DNA from: Desulfonatronum sp. SC1
GTDB taxonomy: Bacteria > Desulfobacterota > Desulfovibrionia > Desulfovibrionales > Desulfonatronaceae
Reading direction: 5' to 3'
Length of the DNA: 32,000 bases
Assembly (NCBI RefSeq): GCF_003046795.1
Contig: NZ_PZKN01000009.1
Coordinates: forward strand, 69,980 to 101,979
The notes under the pieces are model-generated. The model saw nothing but the letters and a program-made list of their open reading frames with translations. It was not told the DNA's origin and ran no database searches. The position numbers and the translations under genes were made by a program. Positions 9,376-19,141 of the stretch are shown piece by piece (within the stretch, counting starts at the first letter, position 1; each line of letters opens with the position of its first letter).

Positions 9376-12259
9376 CCACTGGCAATACAGCACCGTTCAT
9401 AACAGTGCCTGCAAGGTCATCGAAGAACAGATCCTGTGGGGGCAGACGGTGTGCCGTGTCTGGTTGCCGAACCAGGACGCAGTGGTGCGCGTGCCCCGCT
9501 CCGCTTTGCGGCCGCTGAGTGCCGACCTGCAGCCGGAGATCGAGGCCGGACGCATTGCCTATGTGGCCGCCGCAGCCAAGGTGGCCGAGGTGCTCGAGGG
9601 CTCCACCAGCGCCATCGAGGGTCATGTATTGCTGGCTCCCATGGAGTCCAACGTCATTCCTCTACCGCACCAGATCCACGCCTTGTCCCGGGCCATCTCC
9701 GGCGACCGCGTGCGATACTTGCTGGCTGACGAGGTGGGTCTCGGCAAGACCATCGAGGCCGGCTTGGTCATGCGTGAACTCAAGTTACGCGGGCTGGTGC
9801 GTCGAACCTTGGTTGTCTCCCCCAAAGGTATCGCCACCCAGTGGATGGCGGAAATGCAGACACACTTTAGCGAACAGTTCCGGCTCGTGCTGGGCGACGA
9901 TATCAGCACATTACAACGTCTTGCCCCAATGGCAAACCACCGAAGTTCAGCCTGGTCGATGTTTGATCAAGTCATCGTCTCCCTGGATTCGGTCAAACCC
10001 ATGGACAGACGTCGCGGTTGGACGGCAGAACGAGTTGCCGAATACAACCGCAGCCGATTCGAGGATCTGATTACTGCCGGTTGGGACCTAGTGATTGTGG
10101 ATGAAGCGCACCGGCTGGGTGGCAGCACCGACCAGGTTGCCCGCTACAAACTCGGCCAGGGATTGGCGGAAGCCGCGCCCTATTTGCTGCTGCTCTCGGC
10201 TACGCCTCACCAAGGCAAAACCGATGCCTTCCATCGCTTGATGAACCTGCTGGATGATGCCGCTTTTCCGGATATGGGCAGCGTCTCCCGCGAGCGGGTT
10301 GCCCCGTATGTCATCCGCACTGAAAAGCGCAAGGCCATCGATGCTGATGGGAAGCCGCTTTTTAAACCTCGACGCACGCTGATGGCTCCTGTGGTCTGGG
10401 AGAGCCGCCATCACCTGCAGCAGCTACTTTACGAAGCGGTTACCGACTACGTGCGCGAGGGCTACAACCAGGCCTTGCGCGAGAAGAAGCGCCACATCGG
10501 TTTTTTGATGATCCTGATGCAGCGCCTGGTGGTCTCCAGCACCCGGGCGATCCGCACCACTTTGGAACGTCGGCTTGGGGCGCTCAAGGATGGCGAGCAA
10601 CAAGCCAGTATGCGACTGGCGGAGCTTGAAAACATCGCGGAGGAATCGGACAGTTTCGACGAACTGTACGACATGGACGGCCAGGAATTGCTCGAAGAAT
10701 TGCTGAAGTCCCATGTGTCGGCCCTCCAGAACGAAAGGAGTCTGGTTGAGACCCTACTCGACGCGGCAGTCCGTTGTGAGCAGGCGGGGCCGGATGCCAA
10801 GGCTGAGGCGTTGATCGAACAGATCTACAAGTTGCAAGCCGAGGAAAACGAGCCGGATCTGAAGGTGCTGATTTTCACTGAGTTCGTGCCTACGCAGCAG
10901 ATGCTCAAGGAGTTTCTTGAAGCGCGGGGCATCTCGGTCGTCACCCTGAACGGTTCCATGGGTATGGAGGAGCGGATGCAGGCCCAGGATGCCTTCCGCA
11001 AGTCGCACCGCGTGCTGGTTTCCACCGACGCAGGCGGCGAAGGCCTGAACCTGCAGTTCGCCCACGTTATCATCAACTACGACATCCCGTGGAACCCGAT
11101 GCGGCTGGAACAGCGGATCGGACGCGTTGACCGAATCGGCCAGCCCAAAACGGTGCGGGCGATCAATTTTGTTTTTGAGGATTCGGTCGAGTTCCGGGTC
11201 CGCGAAGTGTTGGAGCAGAAGCTCTCCGTGATCTTCGAGGAGTTCGGCATCGATAAGACCGGCGACGTTCTCGACTCCGCCCAGGCCGGAGAATTGTTTG
11301 AGGATGTGTTCACCACGGCGATTCTCAATCCAGATGGTATCGAGACCTCCGTTGATCACACAGTAGCCCGTATTCGAGATGAGATTCAGCATGTGCGAGA
11401 GTCTTCGGCGATTTTCGGCATCTCTGAAGAACCGGATGTACAGGCCGCTGAGCGTCTACGCTCCCATCCGCTACCCCACTGGGTGGAGCGAATGACGGTT
11501 GGCTACCTCAACTCCCATGGCGGTGCTGTCACCCGCAAGCGTTCGTGGTGGGACCTGGGCTGGCCGGATGGCCAGCAGCATCGCAAATGCGTTTTTAGCG
11601 CCCGGGAAGCGGAGCGCCTGACTGATGCCACGCTGCTCAATCTTGAAAACAACCGGGTCCGTGGCCTTGCCCTGAATCTGCCACAGATGGCCGCCGGTCA
11701 GCCTTTGCCTTGCGTAAGCTTAAATGGACTGCCAGCCAACATCGCAGGTTTTTGGGGCCTGTTTGAAGTTCGCCTTCAGGCCGGGATGCACCAGAAGACG
11801 CAACTTCTGCGCATCCCCACTGTGCGGCGTGGCTATGTCAGCGTGTTTTTGAGCGAGGAAGGCAAACTGTTTCTGCCCACTGCCCGGCATATCTGGGATG
11901 CGCTGCAGACAGCGGAAGTTGAAATGCAAGACACCCTTGGACAGGATGAATCCATTACCGTCTATACGCGCTTGCAGGAAGCAGCAGAGCAGGCCGGGCA
12001 GGAGCTGTTCGACACATTGCAACAGGCTCACATTGATTCGGTGACACGGGAAGAGGAACGCGGCATGGTCGCCTTCACCTCCCGGCGCAAGGCTATCGAG
12101 CGAGTTGGGCTGCCTGAAGTACGCCAGTACCGTCTGGCCCGCTGTGATGCCGAGGAAGCTGAGTGGCGGCATGAACTGCTATCAGCGCGGCAGATCGTAC
12201 CGGAAATCAGGTCGTTGCTGATGTTACGCGTCGTCAAGGCACCCCAATGCAGTTTATAA
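9368..12259 (+). CDS. brxHII: SNF2/RapA-like DEAH-box helicase, BrxHII-like, 963 aa
   Basis: Helicase motifs: I LADEVGLGKT, II VIVDEAHRLGG, III LLLSATPHQG, V VSTDAGGEGLNLQ, VI WNPMRLEQRIGRVDRIGQ. It sits between the BREX methyltransferase and pglZ. The start overlaps the upstream stop (ATGACTGA, 9368-9375). Confidence 0.8.
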   Translation: MTDHWQYSTVHNSACKVIEEQILWGQTVCRVWLPNQDAVVRVPRSALRPLSADLQPEIEAGRIAYVAAAAKVAEVLEGSTSAIEGHVLLAPMESNVIPLPHQIHALSRAISGDRVRYLLADEVGLGKTIEAGLVMRELKLRGLVRRTLVVSPKGIATQWMAEMQTHFSEQFRLVLGDDISTLQRLAPMANHRSSAWSMFDQVIVSLDSVKPMDRRRGWTAERVAEYNRSRFEDLITAGWDLVIVDEAHRLGGSTDQVARYKLGQGLAEAAPYLLLLSATPHQGKTDAFHRLMNLLDDAAFPDMGSVSRERVAPYVIRTEKRKAIDADGKPLFKPRRTLMAPVVWESRHHLQQLLYEAVTDYVREGYNQALREKKRHIGFLMILMQRLVVSSTRAIRTTLERRLGALKDGEQQASMRLAELENIAEESDSFDELYDMDGQELLEELLKSHVSALQNERSLVETLLDAAVRCEQAGPDAKAEALIEQIYKLQAEENEPDLKVLIFTEFVPTQQMLKEFLEARGISVVTLNGSMGMEERMQAQDAFRKSHRVLVSTDAGGEGLNLQFAHVIINYDIPWNPMRLEQRIGRVDRIGQPKTVRAINFVFEDSVEFRVREVLEQKLSVIFEEFGIDKTGDVLDSAQAGELFEDVFTTAILNPDGIETSVDHTVARIRDEIQHVRESSAIFGISEEPDVQAAERLRSHPLPHWVERMTVGYLNSHGGAVTRKRSWWDLGWPDGQQHRKCVFSAREAERLTDATLLNLENNRVRGLALNLPQMAAGQPLPCVSLNGLPANIAGFWGLFEVRLQAGMHQKTQLLRIPTVRRGYVSVFLSEEGKLFLPTARHIWDALQTAEVEMQDTLGQDESITVYTRLQEAAEQAGQELFDTLQQAHIDSVTREEERGMVAFTSRRKAIERVGLPEVRQYRLARCDAEEAEWRHELLSARQIVPEIRSLLMLRVVKAPQCSL

Positions 12260-15200
12260 CTAATGGCCCCGATATCCCTGATGCCCTCTTGCAGGCGCAC
12301 GAAGATGGCCGTGTGGTTTTCTTCTGCGGTGCGGGCATTTCCTACCCTGCGCGCCTGCCGGGTTTCGCGGGTCTGATCGACAAGCTCTACACGGTATTGG
12401 CCGTCACACCCAACGCGGTGCAGCAGGCAGCGATCAAGGCCGGACAGTTCGATACCGCCATCGGCCTGCTGGAAGCGGATATCATCGGCGGCCGCAAAGA
12501 GGCGATTGTTCGCAAAGCGGTCGCAGACATCCTGAAGCCCGACCTCAACGCCCCGAACGCCTCGGCAACCCACGAGGCGCTGCTAATGTTGGGCAAGTGC
12601 CGTAACGGCCACACCCGCCTCATCACCACCAACTTCGATCGCCTGTTCGAGGAAGTGATCGCCGCGAAGTCGCTGCCCGTCGAGAGCTTCAAGGCCCCAC
12701 TGTTGCCTGTACCGAAGAACCGTTGGAATGGCCTGGTGTATCTGCACGGCCTGCTCGGTGCGGCACCGACCGCGAGCGAGCTGGACCGGCTGGTCATCTC
12801 CAGCGGCGATTTCGGCCTAGCTTATCTCACCGAGCGTTGGGCGGCGCGTTTCGTCAGCGAGCTGTTCCGCAGCTGCACCGTCTGCTTCGTCGGTTACAGC
12901 ATCAACGACCCGGTATTGCGCTACATGATGGATGCCCTGGCCGCCGACCGCCTGCTCGGCGAGTCGCCACCGGAGATGTTCGCGTTCGGCAGCTTTTCCA
13001 AGCGCAAGGAAGAGGAACGGGCCAACGAGTGGCGGGCCAAGAATGTCACGCCCATCCTCTACCGCGAGCACAACCGGCACGCCTATCTGCACAAGACACT
13101 GCGCGCATGGGCCGAGACCTACCGCGACGGCGTGCGCGGTAAAGAGCGCATCGTGGTCGAATGTGCCATAGCGCGACCGCTGGCGAGCACTAAACAGGAC
13201 TACTTCATCCCCCGAATGCTGTGGGCGCTCAGCGATCCGGACGGCCTGCCCGCCAAGCGCTTTGCCGAGCTTGACCCCGTGCCGTCGCTGGACTGGTTGG
13301 CACCTTTGAGCGAGGACCGCTACGGCCACGCTGATCTGAATCGTTTCGGTGTTCCGCCGAAGACACCTGCCGATGACAAGCTCACCTTCAGCCTGACTCG
13401 CAGACCCTCGCAGTATCCACTCGCGCCGTCGATGTGTGTCGTTGATACTGGTGCGCGCGGCAGCCACTGGGACAAGGTGATGGGGCATTTGGCACATTGG
13501 ATGATCCGCCACCTCGATGATCCGGCCCTGCTGCTGTGGCTTGTCAAGCGCGGCGGACAACTGCACGACGACCTGATCCGGTTGATAGAACACCGCCTCG
13601 ACGAGTTGGCCCAGCTTGAACGCGAGGGCAACACCGCCAAATTGGCGCGTATTCGTGAAAACGCACCCAACGCGATCCCCGGTCCGCTGATGCGGACCCT
13701 GTGGCGACTGCTGCTGACCGGGCGCGTGAAATCGTGGCTGCGCGACTACAACCTTTATCGCTGGCGCGACCGCTTTAAACGTGATGGTCTCACCGCCACC
13801 TTGCGTCTGGAGCTGCGCGAGATGTTGACACCGCGCGTGTCTCTGCGCGAACCCTTCAGTTGGCCGGATGATGACCGGGAAAGCCCAGAGCCGTCGCAGA
13901 TTAAAGATCTGGTGGAATGGGAGATCGTGCTTTCGACGGATCACGTCCATTCCAGAATGCGGGATCTGCCCAGGGATGAACGCTGGACCGCCGCATTGCC
14001 GGAGCTGCTATCCGATTTCAGCACGTTGTTGCGCGATGCACTCGATCTGATGCGTGAGCTCGGCAGTGCAGAAGCCCGGAGCGACCTATCCTATATACAT
14101 CAACCCTCGATCAGTGGACACCCTCAGAACCGTGACTTCCACGACTGGACGGCCTTGATCGAACTGACCCGGGATGCGTGGCTGGCCACAGCGGCCCAAT
14201 CCCCCGAGCGCGCGGAACTCATGGCGGAATCGTGGTCGCACACGCCCTATCCGCTGTTCCGGCGTCTCGCCCTCTTTGCCGCCGCACAGAGCAATGTAAT
14301 ACCCCTCCGGCGTGCACTCGATTGGCTGCTGGCGGCCGATCACTGGTGGCTGTGGTCGGTGGAAACCGAACGGGAAACCATGCGCCTGCTCGTGGCCCTG
14401 GCACCGCAACTCGATGAGGTGATGCTGCGGGCACTGGAACAGGCCGTGCTCGACGGCCCTCCCCATGATATGTTCAAGGATAACATCGAGCCCGAGCGCT
14501 GGACACGAATTGTTGACCGCACAATCTGGCTCCGGCTGGCAAAGATCGTCGAGGCTGGTGCGGTCTTGGGTATAGTTGCCAAGGACCGGCTGGACAGGCT
14601 CTCAGCTCAGTATCCTGAGTGGCAACTCGCGGTGGATCAGAGCGATGAGTTTCCTTACTGGATGGAGAGTGGCTGGGTCGGTGACAGGGACCCATGGCGG
14701 GATTTCGTATCAATACCTCGCAGCAGGCGCGGCCTATTGAACTACTTGATCGCAAACACGGTGTTGCCCGAGTCGAAACAAGACGACTGGCGAGAAAGGT
14801 GCAAGGATAGCTTTCAAAGCACGGCGTACGCCTTGTGTCATTTGGCAGGACAGAATGTTTGGCCGTATGATCGCTGGCGGGATGCGTTACAGGCGTGGTC
14901 AGAAGAGGAACTACAAAACCGCTCTTGGCGGTACATGGCCCAGGTCCTTGTAAATGCGCCCGATGAAATGCTGCAAACGCTCGCCCATGGTGTCAGCTGG
15001 TGGCTGCAGGCCATTGCAAAGACCTTCGAGGGACACGAAACGCACTTCTTCGGGTTAGCTCGCCGCATCCTGGCGCTGGATCATCAGGATGTCGTCGATA
15101 CCGATGACCCCGTCGGGCGAGCCATCAACCATCCCGTGGGTCAGGTAACGGAGGCACTGCTGCGCTGGTGGTATCGACGCTCACTGGAGGATGGGCAATG

Positions 15201-16035
15201 TTTGCCCGCAGAGCTCAAGCCCACGTTCACTGAGCTTTGCGATACCGGGATCGACAAGTTTCGGCATGGCCGTGTTTTGCTGGCGGCGCATGTCATCACG
15301 TTGTTCCGCGTGGACCGGGATTGGGCGACGCACCACCTGTTGCCCCTTTTTGACTGGCAACGATCGGAAGCCGAAGCGCGCGCGGTGTGGGAAGGTTTCC
15401 TGTGGTCACCGCGCCTGTACTGTCCTCTGATGGAAATGCTTAAGCCGGCCTTCCTCGATACCGCGCGCCATTTTGCGGCATTGGGCAAGCACAACGGCCA
15501 TTACGCATCGTTACTGACATTTGCTGCCCTCGACCCAGGTGACACCTTCACCACGGCTGAGCTGGCGGCCGCCACCCGCTCACTCCCGCCGGACGGTTTG
15601 CACGATGCAGCACAAGCATTGGTGAGAGCGCTTGAGGGCGCGGGCGATCAACGTGCCGACTACTGGACCAACCGGGTTGCCCCGTACCTTCACGCCATCT
15701 GGCCTAAAACGCGAGACAACATTTCACCCGACATCGCCGAAAGTCTTGGCCACCTGTGCATAGCGGCACAAGATGCGTTCCCCGAAGCATTGACGCTGCT
15801 CCGTGTCTGGCTGCAACCGATTGAACACCCGCACTATATCGTGCATCTTCTGGACGAATCTGGACTGTGCAGACAGTTCCCTGCGGAGGCATTGCTGCTG
15901 CTAGATGCAGTAATTGCCGAACAGCAGTGGGCGCTCATGGAGTTGGGTCAATGTTTGGATGAGATTGTGCAGACCGCGTCACATTTTGCGCAAGATGCCC
16001 GTTACTTGAAGCTCCGAGAGTATTTGCGCAGATGA
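12247..16035 (+). CDS. Large SIR2-like (SIR2_2/DSR-type) domain protein: N-terminal ~300-aa sirtuin-like domain + ~950-aa C-terminal region of unknown function (1262 aa)
   Basis: SIR2_2 hallmarks: VVFFCGAGISYPARLPGFAGL (Rossmann G-rich loop), LITTNFDRLFE (Asn129, nt 12631-12633), LVYLHGLL (His167, nt 12745-12747), VISSGDFGLAY, VCFVGYSINDPVLRYMMD. The rest is W/L/R-rich, probably helical repeats. It overlaps brxHII by 13 nt and pglZ by 4 nt (ATGA). Confidence 0.75.
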   Translation: MQFITNGPDIPDALLQAHEDGRVVFFCGAGISYPARLPGFAGLIDKLYTVLAVTPNAVQQAAIKAGQFDTAIGLLEADIIGGRKEAIVRKAVADILKPDLNAPNASATHEALLMLGKCRNGHTRLITTNFDRLFEEVIAAKSLPVESFKAPLLPVPKNRWNGLVYLHGLLGAAPTASELDRLVISSGDFGLAYLTERWAARFVSELFRSCTVCFVGYSINDPVLRYMMDALAADRLLGESPPEMFAFGSFSKRKEEERANEWRAKNVTPILYREHNRHAYLHKTLRAWAETYRDGVRGKERIVVECAIARPLASTKQDYFIPRMLWALSDPDGLPAKRFAELDPVPSLDWLAPLSEDRYGHADLNRFGVPPKTPADDKLTFSLTRRPSQYPLAPSMCVVDTGARGSHWDKVMGHLAHWMIRHLDDPALLLWLVKRGGQLHDDLIRLIEHRLDELAQLEREGNTAKLARIRENAPNAIPGPLMRTLWRLLLTGRVKSWLRDYNLYRWRDRFKRDGLTATLRLELREMLTPRVSLREPFSWPDDDRESPEPSQIKDLVEWEIVLSTDHVHSRMRDLPRDERWTAALPELLSDFSTLLRDALDLMRELGSAEARSDLSYIHQPSISGHPQNRDFHDWTALIELTRDAWLATAAQSPERAELMAESWSHTPYPLFRRLALFAAAQSNVIPLRRALDWLLAADHWWLWSVETERETMRLLVALAPQLDEVMLRALEQAVLDGPPHDMFKDNIEPERWTRIVDRTIWLRLAKIVEAGAVLGIVAKDRLDRLSAQYPEWQLAVDQSDEFPYWMESGWVGDRDPWRDFVSIPRSRRGLLNYLIANTVLPESKQDDWRERCKDSFQSTAYALCHLAGQNVWPYDRWRDALQAWSEEELQNRSWRYMAQVLVNAPDEMLQTLAHGVSWWLQAIAKTFEGHETHFFGLARRILALDHQDVVDTDDPVGRAINHPVGQVTEALLRWWYRRSLEDGQCLPAELKPTFTELCDTGIDKFRHGRVLLAAHVITLFRVDRDWATHHLLPLFDWQRSEAEARAVWEGFLWSPRLYCPLMEMLKPAFLDTARHFAALGKHNGHYASLLTFAALDPGDTFTTAELAAATRSLPPDGLHDAAQALVRALEGAGDQRADYWTNRVAPYLHAIWPKTRDNISPDIAESLGHLCIAAQDAFPEALTLLRVWLQPIEHPHYIVHLLDESGLCRQFPAEALLLLDAVIAEQQWALMELGQCLDEIVQTASHFAQDARYLKLREYLRR

Positions 16036-18062
16036 GGATCACAATGACTCTTGGTGCAACTTCAAAAATGAGTAGCTGGCGGGATGCCATCCTGAACGAC
16101 TTTGTCCCCAACGTCAGCAAACTGACCTTGGTCGCCGACCCGGACTGTCTGTTGTCCGAGGAGAAACTGTCGCTGGCGCTTCGCGGGCGAGGCTTCGACC
16201 TGATCGAGTTCAATGACCCGGTCGAATTCAGATACGCCTATGAGTCCAAATACCGCTCTATCTGGGACCAGGGCAAGCACACCGATCTGGTGGTGATCCT
16301 CAGGTTGCAGGATGCCGAACTTGAATCCTTGCCTTACGATCTGCTCCAGGCGGGCAGGAAGCTGTCGTTCAACCTGGGGGAGCTTTTCCCAACGCTCAGT
16401 TACCCGGTCATCGAGAAGCTTGACCGGAGCCTGCTGGACGCGCTTTTTGAAGCTCAGCGCAAGTCGTCACTGGATCGCATGGGCGACAACGCCACCAAGG
16501 ATTTCATTCTCCGTCATGTGTTCGGCATCGCGGCGGAGTTGATTGCCAACGAGGTGGACCTGCTTCGCGCCTTGCTCCGTTTGCATTACGGCAAACTTCA
16601 GATTCCTCTGATGCTGGCCGAGCGGCTCATCCAGGTTATTAAAGGCCATGATGGACTCAAGTCCTGGCCGCTTTCTGAAATCGTTCCGGACGACGAGGCA
16701 TTCTTCACCTTTTTGCAGGAACGCTGGCCGGTTTTTCTTTCCAGACTTGGCGGTGCCAATCAGGTCAGAGATGACTCGCCAGGTTTTGGCCTCAAGTATC
16801 CTGGTCCGGATCACCTGCCGTTCGACCATCAGGACATCAAGGTCTACATCGACAACCTTTTCCTGGAGGGGAAACTCACTCCTGTCGAGGCCAAAGGCAT
16901 TGAAGTGGATGCTGGGTCCTGGGTTCGGAGCGGTATTGCCACGTCCGTCTTTGCCGATGACGGTCTGCGGATCTCTGGTTTGTTTGATCTTGTCGAAAAA
17001 GATCTGCCCACAGCGGAAGCGCGTTACTCAGACTGGACCGCCTTTGCATTAAAATGGGCGGAACTGTCCTCGCTGGTTCATTGCAGCATAAGCACCGAGT
17101 ATCAGACCCGGCTCAGGGAAATCGGCGATGCCTTGAACACAACCTTTGCCGGCTGGCTGACTGGCCACTACTCGAGTCTGATCAACTTGCCGCCGACCAC
17201 TCCGGCCATGCTGCACCATGTGCCGCGCCGCCTGGCTCGGGACATCGAGGATTCCACTGACAGCCGAGCTGCGCTGATTGTGATCGATGGACTTGCCTTG
17301 GATCAGTGGGTGACCATCCGCCAGCTTCTGCAAAAGCAGGATGCCAGCCTGGTCATGCGCGAATCCGCAACTTTTGCCTGGATTCCAACGCTGACATCGG
17401 TATCGCGGCAATCAATTTTTTCGGGCAAGCCGCCGCTCTTTTTCCCCTCATCCATCAACTCGACAAACAGCGAAGAGAAACTCTGGAAGCAGTTCTGGGA
17501 AGGCCATGGACTGTCCCGGCTGGATGTCGCTTACCAGCGAGGCCTTGGCGACGGCGATGCTGCGGGCGTCCTCGACATCGCAATCCACCATGGGAGGACC
17601 AAGGTGGTGGGGCTGGTCATAGACAAGGTAGACAAGATCATGCACGGGATGCAACTCGGCTCAGCCGGGATGCACAACCAGATCAAGCAATGGTGCCAAG
17701 GTGGTTTTCTGGCCGCCCTGGTCGGCCAACTGTTGGAATACGGCTATGAGGTATGGCTGACGGCTGATCACGGCAACATTCAATGTGACGGCAAAGGCCG
17801 CCCATCTGAGGGTGTGATTGCCGAAACTCGCGGCGAGCGGGTTCGCGTATATCCCACCCCGGAACTCCGCGCTCAGGTGGCAGGAGCCTTTCCTTTTGCC
17901 CACAAGTGGCAACCAGTCGGATTGCCACCAAACTATTTCCCCTTGGTGGTCAATGGCCACGACGCGTTTGTTAGTCCAGGAGATGTCATCGTAGGTCACG
18001 GCGGTGTAGCCATTGAAGAAGTCATCGTGCCCCTGGTGAAGTTTGAAAGGAGGACTCGGTGA
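16032..18062 (+). CDS. pglZ: PglZ, BREX alkaline-phosphatase-superfamily protein, 676 aa
   Basis: PglZ/alkaline-phosphatase-like motifs are ALIVIDGLALDQW, TLTSVSRQSIFSG and VWLTADHGN. Size and operon position fit BREX. The start could instead be ATG 16044. Confidence 0.8.
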   Translation: MRITMTLGATSKMSSWRDAILNDFVPNVSKLTLVADPDCLLSEEKLSLALRGRGFDLIEFNDPVEFRYAYESKYRSIWDQGKHTDLVVILRLQDAELESLPYDLLQAGRKLSFNLGELFPTLSYPVIEKLDRSLLDALFEAQRKSSLDRMGDNATKDFILRHVFGIAAELIANEVDLLRALLRLHYGKLQIPLMLAERLIQVIKGHDGLKSWPLSEIVPDDEAFFTFLQERWPVFLSRLGGANQVRDDSPGFGLKYPGPDHLPFDHQDIKVYIDNLFLEGKLTPVEAKGIEVDAGSWVRSGIATSVFADDGLRISGLFDLVEKDLPTAEARYSDWTAFALKWAELSSLVHCSISTEYQTRLREIGDALNTTFAGWLTGHYSSLINLPPTTPAMLHHVPRRLARDIEDSTDSRAALIVIDGLALDQWVTIRQLLQKQDASLVMRESATFAWIPTLTSVSRQSIFSGKPPLFFPSSINSTNSEEKLWKQFWEGHGLSRLDVAYQRGLGDGDAAGVLDIAIHHGRTKVVGLVIDKVDKIMHGMQLGSAGMHNQIKQWCQGGFLAALVGQLLEYGYEVWLTADHGNIQCDGKGRPSEGVIAETRGERVRVYPTPELRAQVAGAFPFAHKWQPVGLPPNYFPLVVNGHDAFVSPGDVIVGHGGVAIEEVIVPLVKFERRTR

Positions 18063-18814
18063 TGGGCAAAAGACACGAAGCCATTGGCATCAAGCAGGCG
18101 ATCCGTTTCGAGTGGATGCAGAAAGTAGCCAATCTTTTGCTGGCTGGACTCGATGCAAAAACCATCCGCCAGGAGCTGCATGAGTTCCTCACGGACAGAA
18201 AAGGCAACGGCACTGAAGGTGAACGAAGCGATCAGACCCGGACATTTGTCGTCAACAACCTGATGAAGATCTGGGTCTCTCCTGACCCCGAACTAATTTC
18301 ATTCCGGGATACCTCGCTGGCGTTTCTGCAGGCAAACCCGTCCATGGCCCTGGCGGTTCACTGGGGGCTGATCTCAGCGGTCTATCCGTTCTGGTTCTCT
18401 GTAGCCCGTCAGACCGGCCGCCTGTTGTCCTTGCAGGATCAGGTGACCCAGACGCAGATCATCAACCGCCTCAAGGAACAGTACGGCGACCGGCAAACCG
18501 TGAGTCGCTATGCGAGATTTGTCATCCGCTCCTTTGTCGCCTGGGGAGCCCTGAAGGATTCCGAGGCCAAAGGCTGCTATGAGAAAGCCGCCCTGGTGAG
18601 TATTGCCGAACCAAAACTGGCCATCCTGATGTTCGAGTCCGCACTCCTCGCCACCCCGGAGGGCAAGGGCGCATTGGGGCTGCTCCTGAACAACCCGGCA
18701 TTCTTCCCATTCCAGCTCCCCGTGATGACCGGTGACTTTGTATCCCAACGCAGCGACCGGATCGATGTGGTTCGCTATGGTTTGGATGATGAATTGTTGA
18801 AATTGAAGGCATAG
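18062..18814 (+). CDS. Terminal BREX operon gene, BrxA-position protein (~250 aa); assigned by position only
   Basis: Clean 250-aa ORF. Its ATG at 18062 overlaps the pglZ stop (TGATG). In type 3 BREX, brxA follows pglZ. I cannot recognise DUF1819 motifs by eye. Confidence 0.45.
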   Translation: MGKRHEAIGIKQAIRFEWMQKVANLLLAGLDAKTIRQELHEFLTDRKGNGTEGERSDQTRTFVVNNLMKIWVSPDPELISFRDTSLAFLQANPSMALAVHWGLISAVYPFWFSVARQTGRLLSLQDQVTQTQIINRLKEQYGDRQTVSRYARFVIRSFVAWGALKDSEAKGCYEKAALVSIAEPKLAILMFESALLATPEGKGALGLLLNNPAFFPFQLPVMTGDFVSQRSDRIDVVRYGLDDELLKLKA

Positions 18815-18874
18815 CGACACATGGCAAGGAATGAATTCAAGAAATCGGGGCAGAAAAGTTGAGGAGGGTTTCGT

Positions 18875-19141
18875 GTGAGCGCATCTGACAATCTTGAATC
18901 AATATTGGCTGCTCCATTTGGTGACGCTCTGGATGCTCTGGACGCGCTTATGGCCCAGCACTGGCACGACCGTCTGACCATGGCTCTTACCACTTTTTAT
19001 ATCCGATTCATCCTCGACAGCCCCTTCTTCAAGAGCGGCTTTTGGTCCAACGGTGGGACCAACGGTTGGACCAGGGGTGGGACCAGGGGTTGGACCAGGG
19101 GTAGGACCAACGGTGTGACCAGGGGTGGGACCACTTTTTAA
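18875..19141 (+). CDS. Hypothetical 88-aa ORF whose C-terminus is encoded by a 12-nt tandem repeat (GGTN GWTR GGTR GWTR GRTN GVTR GGTT)
   Basis: GTG start, with GGAGG (18863-18867) 7 nt upstream. A weak hairpin plus T6 lies downstream (19145-19166). The opposite strand is also open across the repeat (GPTPGPTPGPTPGPTVGPTVGP), so coding status and strand are uncertain. Confidence 0.25.
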   Translation: MSASDNLESILAAPFGDALDALDALMAQHWHDRLTMALTTFYIRFILDSPFFKSGFWSNGGTNGWTRGGTRGWTRGRTNGVTRGGTTF

